A stretch of 64,000 bases of DNA from Camelus ferus. Its lineage: Eukaryota. The position numbers and the translations under genes were made by a program. The notes below the pieces were generated by a model. The model saw only the letters and a program-made list of their open reading frames with translations. It was not told the origin of the DNA and ran no database searches. Of this stretch, positions 54,682-64,000 are shown in pieces. Location of the stretch: positions 107,696,001-107,760,000 of the forward strand of contig NC_045696.1 in assembly GCF_009834535.1 (NCBI RefSeq), read 5' to 3'. Every line of letters begins with the position of its first letter. Position 1 is the stretch's first letter.

Positions 54682-54795
54682 CAGAAAGATGTCTGCATAA
54701 CCAGCCAGAGACTCTACTCCCTCTTGGATCCGTGCGCCCCCAGAGTCATTCAGCCCAATCACTGGAGCCCCCACTGTCATGGCTTGGTCCATGAT
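54682..54795 (-). CDS. PCCB: PCCB exon 5
   Basis: [38 protein letters not shown]; 114 nt. Confidence 0.97.
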
Positions 54796-54979
54796 CTGAG
54801 ACAGCAGAGAAATCTTTTGTGAGAAAACTGATCCTGCTATGAAAAGCAGCATTTACAAAGCACCACAGTGGTTTTCTGGAAAACTGTTCTGAGTGTACTT
54901 TTCAGAACTGGCTTCATTCCCCATGATGACTGGGTACCTTCATGGAAGACAGAGAATCAGATATTTTAAGTGCTGATTT

Positions 54980-55156
54980 GGGGAGGGATATAACTCAGTG
55001 GTAGAGCACATGCTTAGCATTCATAACGTCCTCAGTTCAATCCCCAGACCATCCACTGAAAATAAATAAATAAACGTAATTACTTCCCACACCAAAGAAA
55101 AAAAAAAAGGAATAAAGTTAAAATTTTTTTAAGAAAATTTTTTAAAAATAATAATA
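54980..55156 (+). mobile_element. tRNA-Ala-derived SINE (Vic-1-like)
   Basis: TSD aagtgctgatt at 54968-54978 and 55157-55167. Confidence 0.9.
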
Positions 55157-55766
55157 AAGTGCTGATTAAAGCTCCCCAAGACCCAAAACACTTTCCATTA
55201 GCAGGGGATAAGACTGTTTATGGAAACGATTTCTAGAGCCACAGGCCCAGGCTATAGTATTTTTTCAGCACCCAGTTTTGTTCCCAATTACTCTTTTGAA
55301 AGAACTGAGGATAGCAGGCAGAATGGCAAAGTAGTACTTTTGTGAAAGTGAATGTGGATTTATCTATTAACCTGAGGTCAGGCTCAGGCCTTTTCCTTCT
55401 AATAAGAGATCTTCCTCCTTGGCAGCCTAAGATGAGCAACATTTCTAATAGTCCTTGAGGATTTACAAAGCACTTTCACCTCCATTATCTCATTTAACCA
55501 TCATAACCATCATAAGCCTGTTACATAAAACGCAGCAAAAGGAGAAAAATTAAGGTTTAAAAGTTAAGGGACTGGCCCCAGGTCTCAGGAGGAACATATG
55601 ATAGGACCATGCCTAGAAGCCAGGTATTCAACTCTACGTTTATTTCCAAAACTCTCTGAATATGATTTACACTTTTATTCGCCTCCAGATCCTCTCATCT
55701 CCAACAGTATTTTTTAAATACCATCACCTGCACTGCTTTGTTAGCACCTGGACTCTCCACCTAGAC

Positions 55767-56167
55767 CAGGGGTTCTTTACTTGGGGTCCTAAGAACCCTA
55801 AAAGGACTGTGAATAGATTTCAGGGAGTCCATGAACTTGGATGGGAAATTTTACATCTTTATTTTTATTAACCACAGGAGTATCAGAAATACCTGTGACT
55901 TTGTCATCAATAAAAGCCACAGATTTTTGTCACATTAAAAGTTGCAGCATGCTTACTTTGAAATTACAGCATTTTATCCACTGCTAAACCTTGTTATTTA
56001 ATGCATTAATTAGTAAGGACACATATATATTACAAATGTGATTTTTTAACATTTTTAATCCGTTGTAATCCTACATATTTTATTTTATGCACATATAAAA
56101 ATGAGGGTCCAGGCTTCACCAGTCTGCCAGAGGGATCCATGGTAGAAAAAAATGTTAAGAACTCCTG
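55767..56167 (+). mobile_element. Charlie4-like hAT fossil
   Basis: TIRs caggggttctttac / gttaagaactcctg. Flanks acctagac / ctctggac resemble an 8-bp hAT TSD. Confidence 0.7.
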
Positions 56168-56261
56168 CTCTGGACTGAAGGCACCTTCAGGTCAGCTCCA
56201 CATCTTGCACACCTCTGCCCCACCCCATGTATCCAGCTCAGTATTTTGTACCCCAACCCTA

Positions 56262-56375
<114 letters not shown>

Positions 56376-57908
56376 CTAAGAAGAAAACAATCAAAAAAAT
56401 AATATACAGTGACTAGTCAGAGAGGAACAGCCAGTAGGAGGAGAAAATGGAAAATTCATATATATAAAAGTTTTTAAACGATTTTCAGAAGTCTAAAAAA
56501 TTAGGGGAAAGGTCTGACTTGTAAATTACTCCATAGAATGAGTAGTGAATAACATATCTTAAAGGGAGTTCATGTATTGTGAAGAGCAAAAGACCTGGTC
56601 TTTGCTCTACAAAAATGACTTGCACCTGAGGAATGGAAAACTTCTCGTAGAATTAACCCAAAAAATCAGATTCTGTGGATGTCAAACAGACATTTCTATC
56701 ACTAGGAAATATTTGCTGTTTTGACAAGGGAGGTGAAAAAAGTGAATCAGTGCTTCCTCTTGCTTAAGGATTTTTATTACCTTCTGATGTAAAAAGCTTC
56801 TTATAGGAATGACCTCCTTCCTAAAACCCCCTCTAAAAGATAGTGGAGAATTAAAGACAGATTCAGCCCATGAGTACAAAAAAGGAAAACAGCAGCAGAA
56901 GAGAGACTGAATACAGGGAACTGAAACCACAAAAATATCTGATTTAGAGCAAATGGAAGCCTTTACACCTGCGGAGGGAGTGACCGCAGGACGGGACAAT
57001 CCAGGAACAAGGAAAGTGCCACTGAAAAAACAGACTGATGGAAGTCTGTGTTAGGAGCAATTAGACCCCACAGGGCCTTTCCTTCACCTTGAGAGGAGAA
57101 AGGAGGTTTAATTTCTAAAGAAATTTAACCATTGGGGCTCTGAACTCACAATCACCAGCCACAAAAGAAGGCAATGGTAAGGCTTAAACAGGTGAGTTTA
57201 AGAGCCTGTAAAGTGAATGATGAGCCAGCGCTGGCCCTGCCTCCTCCTTCCTTCCCCCACCAACACACACAGCCAATCATCATAAAGAAGACAGACTGTT
57301 TCTCTGGAAAAAAGAAGTTCCCCCCAGAAAAAATGCCTACAGATACTAACATTTGGGGGATCACTACAAAAAAAAGCTGGCTCATCACTCCTCCCCCTCA
57401 GTATCCTTCAAGGCCTATTTCACATGCCCCATTTTCTCTAAAGCTTTCCTCAAACAGAATGTGATCTTCCCTTGTCCTGACAACTTCCCGGGAACCTCTC
57501 TCACCCTATCTGTGACTGCAGTCACTCCTGCTCTGCCCCATTCGGCTTACAAAATGATTGGCTTCTTCAGGGCAAGAAGTGTCTCAGTCATCTCCACCTC
57601 CCCCTCACTTCTACCCAAACCCATGGGCATAAGAAATGCTCAAAAGTATCAATTCAGTGAACTTTTGTAGCTGCTTGATAGTTAAGAGAACACAGTGCCC
57701 ACAAAGCACAATAACCTTCTTTGTTCGGCTACCTTGTTAATGGTTTCTTCTGTACAATTTTTTTGCCTAGCTCTCATAAACTACAAAAAGTAGAGACGAT
57801 CCCTTCCAGTTATGCATTTGGCAGACTCATTTATAGCAGTTTTAAAACATTTCAAAGGTAATTCTATTAGCAGACAAGCGCTGTCTAAATAAATTTAAAA
57901 TTAATCTA

Positions 57909-58067
57909 GGAAGGGTATAGCTCAAGTAGCGGAGTACATGCCTAGCATGCACAAGGCACTGGGTTCAATCCCCAGTACCTTCATTAAAAATAAATAAATT
58001 AAAAAAACTAATTACCTCCAACTGCTGCCCCCTCCCAAAAAAGAACAGAACGTTTTATTAAAAAAAG
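57909..58067 (+). mobile_element. tRNA-Ala-derived SINE (Vic-1-like)
   Basis: TSD taaaattaatc at 57896-57906 and 58068-58078. Confidence 0.9.
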
Positions 58068-58239
58068 TAAAATTAATCAAGTATAATTATTTTAATGTCA
58101 AACAGAAAACATTTTAGGTTCCTAAACAAGCTGTATGCCTTTAAAATCTGTGAGAGAAACTAAATATTTAGAATTATATATATATATATATATATATATG
58201 TCCATCCCTTATTGGGGGGTAAAAATAAAACATGAAAGA

Positions 58240-58725
58240 GTATTAGTTTTCTATTGCTGCTGTAATTACCACAAATTCAGTGTCTTGAGACAACACACAT
58301 TCATTACCTTACATTTCTGTAAGTTAGAAGTCCTACGTGGGCCTCACTGGGCTAAAATCAAAGTCAGCAGGGCTACGCTCCTTTGTGAAGGCTCCAGAGG
58401 AAAATCTATTGTCTTATCTTTTCCACCTTCTAGAATCCTTCCCTCATGACCCCGTCCTCTACCTTCTAAGCCAAAACCGCAGGCCAACTGCTTCTCACAC
58501 AGCATTAATGACCGCCTTCTGCCTCTCTCTTCCACTTTTAAAGACCGTTGTGATTACACTGGGTCCACCTGGATAACCCAAACTAATCTATTTTAAGGTC
58601 AAGTGATTAGTAACATTAATTCCATCTGCAAACTTAATTCGCCTTTGCCAAGTAAAATAACATGTTCACGGGTTTCAGGGATTAGGACTTGGACATCTCT
58701 GGGGACCATTATTCTGCCTACCACA
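58240..58725 (-). mobile_element. MaLR LTR (MLT1C/D-like)
   Basis: tattagttttctattgctgctgtaa...ctcactgggctaaaatcaa...attctgcctaccaca. Confidence 0.85.
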
Positions 58726-59192
58726 TTCTCCTATGGCTCTGTGTGAAGAAACTATCTGTCCTGATGGGGCCTAATAAAACTTGTTTGAATACCTTATGAA
58801 AGCCCAAAACTCAAAGGCTTATGATTTTAAGAATCAAACCCCCTCTGCCCCAGCTGCAACCACTGCACTCTCTCAGGGCCACACACGCTGCCCAAGACAC
58901 GGCTGCCCTCCAGCCACACACCTAACCTGCCAAGGGGAATCTCACGCACTTGGAATAAACTCCTGGTTCCCGGGACTTTTTCTTTACTACTGCCCTGTGA
59001 TCCTCCCCCAGATTAAGGATTCTTTCTCCCTTTAAAAAAAAAAAACAAACACACAGTGTAATACTCTGGACATAATGCACTGAAAAACAAAGTAATTCCC
59101 TCATCTGCACCAAGTACAGGCAAGTCTTTATACCCAAGGACTATTTTCTTCTCACATATTTTGCTCCCGGCTCTACCTGCAAAGAAAGCTCA

Positions 59193-59282
<90 letters not shown>

Positions 59283-59613
59283 CTACCAAAAAAATAGAAA
59301 AATAAAGGTTAAAAAACCCCAAATACTTCTCTTAATGAATTTGGTAATTAAGCCCCAATGAAAGACCCCTTCCTAAAAAAAAACCCACCCCAAATTCCTT
59401 AAAATTCAAAATGAATAAAGAACATGAAGGAACTTCCCACACACTTAGCTCTGCAACAGCAAGCACTGAGCTACGGCTTCATCAATAGGAGTAAAGAGCA
59501 CTGTAGTTTTGGGCCTCATCCTCCTTCCTAAAACCGGACCAATCAGGGCACCCTCTATGTCTGCCACTACCAAACGTGCACAGAAGGGAGAAGGACATAT
59601 AAAGAAACATGGT

Positions 59614-59702
59614 GGGGGTGGGTACAGCTCAGTGGTAGAGCGCGTGCTTAGCATGCATGAGGTCCTGGGTTCAATCCCCAGTACTTCCACTAAAAAAAAC
59701 AA
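59614..59702 (+). mobile_element. Short tRNA-Ala(AGC)-like SINE / tRNA retrocopy
   Basis: tRNA body followed directly by an A-tail; TSD-like agaaa(c/t)atggt. Confidence 0.8.
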
Positions 59703-60366
59703 GAGAAATATGGTAATTTCTACAAAGCCACACACCTCACCCCCAAACCTTAAAAAGGCAAATCTATCATTTGGCTTGGAATTCTGGCAGTCACTGTGTG
59801 GCCCATAATGGCTCAAATGGAGCCAGCTAGTTAGGTGCCAAGGTTACAAATCTTTGGTCAGAGACCTGAAGAAAACTGACCAAAAGTGAGTCCAAAGAAG
59901 CCTGTGCAGCACAGAGAACATCCAACTGAAGGAATAAATGTCAGTGACTCTAACCTCCAAAACTCCAAGGCATAAAACTTGAAGTATGTCAAAAGAGGAG
60001 AATGGTTAGTCTTTAGGGGTCCCTGGTGCCTAGGCAGACCAGGACACAATCAAAACACATTCCCAATTTCTCTTCCAAGTTTGTCATTCTATACCTACGA
60101 GAACTCTGAACCCACACCAGAGCCCCAGGAGCTGGGCCAGAGTCACCCTGCACAAGGTATGAACAATCCACCCACATTCCTTCATCTGCAGACAAAGGTA
60201 AGTGGGGAACCTGGAGGCCCCAACAGTGCTTCTCAAGAGGTATTTTGAAAATTCCAGGGTCCCAAACTTGAAAATTTTTCAATATATCCTTAGTCCCAGA
60301 AGAACTTCATTAGTCTAGTGGGTAGACCAGCAGGACCGTAGCTGGTAAGTGCAATTTGAAGGCTCA

Positions 60367-60507
<141 letters not shown>

Positions 60508-62724
60508 CTAAAATGCAACAAAAGTCACTTAGTGATGTCATCATAGACAAAGTCAGTAAGCAAGGAGTGTTCATGGGAGGGCCAGGAGGACCCGTGTGCC
60601 TGTGCCTCACGTGACAGCCTCTATTCCACCAGCTTGCACAAGAGACAGGGGTTATCAGTAGAATTCAGCCAGTAAGGAAACCAGGCAGACTGGTGCTCCA
60701 GGAGCCACTAACTGTGGAAGGCAAACAAGGGAGTGGAAGGAAAAGGTGGAGAAAGGTGGGGGTAAGGAGAGCCTGATCCTGAAACAAGATAACTAGTTCC
60801 ACAAACATTTACTGGAGACCTAAGGAGCAATAAAAGAAGAAAGGAGAAGCAGGAGGTGGAAAAGTAAAGGAGGCTTTGTGAAGGGTCTGAGGCTACACCC
60901 CCAGATTCACAGGCTTCTTCCACTGAAGCTCACCTCACTAGGGTCCAGCCCCAAGGACACTTCCAGGACTACTTCCTGGTTTCTCTCCTGCCTCCTCCAT
61001 GGACTTCTCCTGCTATCCTATATTGGGGGACCTGACACCTGACAGTGACTCCGTGATACAGAGACAACCCCACAGCAGGGAGTGGCTGAGAAGAAAAGTG
61101 GGACAGAGTGCTAAAGAGCTCACTGGAGAGGAGTGAAAAAAATACTTCTTGGGGGAGAAGGGGGTTGGAGACCTCAAACCATCAAAAGCTTCCACTGCTT
61201 GGGCTCCCAAACCCTTAGACCAAGCCAAACATCTGGGCTCATTGCCTTTCCCCCTTCCCCAAGAAAAAAAACACCTCAAATTCGCTGTATTTTCCTTTTA
61301 AGAAAGCAGCCAAAGCCAGTGAGGTCATTTTAAAACAAAATGGCAATCCTATACACCGTTGGATAAAATAACTTTTCAGGAAAGCAATTTGGCAATATAT
61401 ATCAGTGTTAAAAATATTCCTATCTTCTGACCCAGTAACTCCATTTCTGGGAATCTATCCTTTGGAAGTAGTCCAAAAATTGTGTAAACGGGGGTGGTAT
61501 GAGAGATTTAAACCAAGTCAGCCTCCTGACTAAGTCAGCTTTGGCAAAAGAAAAAGTTTCTGGAGGCTGCATCTAAACCCAGTAGGATTTGCCTGGAAAT
61601 GAGTGGGGATGATGTTCCAGGGAGGGACTGAGCAAGAGGGCCCCAACAGAAAACATGCAGGGAGCACTGGCAGGCCTTTCCAGAGGATGATCTAAAGTTC
61701 CCTCACCACAGACCAAGCCACCTCAGGAAAGGAAGAGAACTCCCAGCACCACACACTATCAACCAAATTCACATTCCACTCCCAAATAACAAAAAAGGTC
61801 TGTTACCTTCAGGCCCTTGTCAAATGGGCATTTACAACATCTAAATCAATACTTCATTTTGACTTAAAAAAGGGCTAGTGCAAATCTCACTGAAGACCCC
61901 ACCTGCCCCACGCTTGTGAGTTATGCCTCGATGCCCTTCGCCTCTAAGAATTTCACCTCTGCACCTTCCAAATTGGTTATTTAACTCATCCAGTACATCA
62001 GTCCAGGCTCATACATGTCCCACACGCACTGAGCAAGCTCAGCTTCAAGTCCCAGGTCACAATCTGGGCCTCATTTTCTTCTGCTACTCAGTGGCCCACG
62101 CAGCATCTCTCTGATCCTCGCCTCAAAACGCAGGCGGTGGCTGGCAGTACCTCAGCTGCTCAATCCGCCAAACAGCCAGAGTAACCTGAGCACTCGCAGA
62201 AAAAACGTCTGCTTCTAAAGCGTGCCTTTCCTACCCAGCAAGCACGTCGATGCACGCTGAGACCCTTAAGAGATTCAGCTGGCATTCTGAGGTCAGGGTT
62301 TCCACAAGTTCCCTGCGCACACCACACCCACCCCCACCCCCACGTTAACCTGAGTCTGCCCATTTAACCTCCCCTGCCAAATGCCTCGATTTTCTTGTTT
62401 CCATAATGGAGCGAGAACCTATCACCCATCTTTCAAGGGACATAAGAACAAGATTTTTTTTTCTTTAATTAAGGGCCTATCATTACCTCACTATCTTATC
62501 TAGTCATACTGTGAGAGGAGAATCATTACTATCTTCTATTTAGAACAAATTGACTCCCAGAGAGTAACTTGTACAAAAGTTTATAGCTTTTAACTGGTGA
62601 GCCGCTGGAGCCTAGCCAGGCACATCTAAAATTCCAAAGGGAAAGCAGAGCGTGACAAAGCACAATGCTGCTTGTCCTGGTTTTACCTGCCTCTTGGTGA
62701 AAGGCAACAGGTTCACAAGGTGAA

Positions 62725-63250
62725 CATCCTCGGGCCCGCCCCGCCCTTCGCGGCATCGCGCTGATTGGCTGGGAGGGAAGCCGCGCAAGCTATGATAGGT
62801 CCGGAACGCCGGGGCGGGCTCCCCTGGGCCCCCTCAGGACTCACTCGCTTATGCTGCGCGTCGATGCGGCGCTGGCCTCCTCCCAGCAGTGCGGCTTGAC
62901 GCTTGTTCTCGATACGCTCGTTAACCGAGACAGGCTGGGTGCACAGGCTGCGCACTGCGGCGCGGAGACCTCTCACTGCAAATGTGAGCCTGGCTCCGGC
63001 CGCCGCCACCAGTACTACCGCCGCCATTTTCGCTCTGCCTGTTTGCCCGCAGCCGGCGCACTTAAGTGCGCATGTGCATCAAGTGCGTCGGCGGAATCTG
63101 CGCCTGCGCAGCGTCGGCGGGACGTAGGGAACCTGTGTGTGGGCTGGAATGCTCAGCGCGTAGAGGCAGACCGGAGAGTTCGAGACCCAGGGCTGCGCTA
63201 GGGCATCACCTTGAGACGTGTGAGCCCAGCCAGCCGATACTGCGCCCGCC
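62725..63250 (-). promoter_or_regulatory. PCCB: PCCB CpG-island promoter with NRF1-like, YY1, GC-box and CCAAT motifs
   Basis: NRF1-like TGCGCATGTGCA at 63067-63078 and TGCGCCTGCGCA at 63099-63110. YY1 motif CCGCCATTTT over the ATG at 63021-63030. GC box at 62735-62746 and CTGATTGGCT at 62761-62770 in intron 1. Confidence 0.75.
62845..63027 (-). CDS. PCCB: PCCB exon 1 (mitochondrial targeting peptide plus N-terminus)
   Basis: [61 protein letters not shown]|gtgagt; 183 nt; Arg-rich leader with no acidic residues. Confidence 0.97.
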
Positions 63251-63530
63251 AGGCTGCACAGAAGAGGGGCTTAGTTGCTTTTCTCTGGCTACCTCGACCC
63301 CTAGTTTTGTCTTCCCACTTCCTCCAGAAAATGAATAGAAGAGTTAACCAACATTTACTGAACATTGTTCCCAGTGTTGCTTTAAGCATTTACCTATATT
63401 AGCTTATTATCTGATTTCACAGAGGAGGCAAATGAAGAACAGAAGCTAGAGTGGTTTGATCCGGCCGAGACCAAATATGTGGTAGAATGAGGATTATCAC
63501 AGAAATGTATTATGTGCTGCTCACTGAACA

Positions 63531-63694
63531 CAGTAATTCGTCGTCACCTAAAAGCGAATTGGAAATGAAAACTCAGATTCTCAAAGTCCACCCCAAATCT
63601 ACTAAATCAGAAATTCTGAGGATGCGGCCAGCGATCTGTTTCAACAGATGGTCCCTAGGTGATTTTGATGCTTGCTAGTGTTTGAGAACCACTG
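63531..63694 (+). mobile_element. MER5A-like hAT fossil
   Basis: cagattctc...ccaccccaaatctactaaatcagaaattctg...ggtgattttgatgc...tttgagaaccactg. Confidence 0.7.
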
Positions 63695-64000
63695 CCTTAA
63701 GGATTTAGAACTGAACTGTTGGGAGCTTGTCCATCTGTTTCCCAGGAACAGGCAGCTCTTCGAGGCAAAGAACAAGGTGCGTCTTTCATATTCTTAGCCA
63801 CAGAAAATTGTGGCTAACTGTTTGATTATTAACCCCTCCAAGCTCCATCTCACAGCCAGGGCCTTGATAAAGTCCAAGATTCTAACATTAATACAATTAA
63901 ATTAAGCAAACATTCTTGAGCAGCTACTGTATGCGAAAAACTAACCACCAGCACTTACTACCTTTCATAGAGTGGGAGTTGTTCACCTAGATACGCAGGG

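Overview
Mammalian genomic DNA, probably camelid. This is inferred from ten copies of a tRNA-Ala-derived SINE resembling camelid Vic-1. The window holds the complete 15-exon PCCB gene (propionyl-CoA carboxylase beta subunit) on the minus strand: ATG at 63027, stop at 10630. The exon lengths sum to 1620 nt (539 aa plus stop) and all introns are GT-AG. About 3 kb beyond its 3' end, convergent on the plus strand, is a full-length LINE-1 (about 550-7640) with a target-site duplication (TSD), a CpG-rich 1.7-kb 5'UTR, and uninterrupted ORF1 and ORF2. The L1 has three unusual features: an ORF0-like antisense ORF that stays open to the element boundary, a 403-nt inter-ORF spacer with a 75-aa ORF overlapping the ORF2 start, and donor/acceptor motifs that would splice out ORF1 exactly. 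The PCCB introns are filled with old L1s, solo LTRs, MaLRs, DNA transposon fossils and SINEs. They also contain two TSD-flanked retrocopies of largely non-TE RNA, a pre-miRNA-like hairpin and an inverted SINE pair. Repeat family names come from recalled consensus sequences, not from a search, and boundaries of old repeats are approximate.
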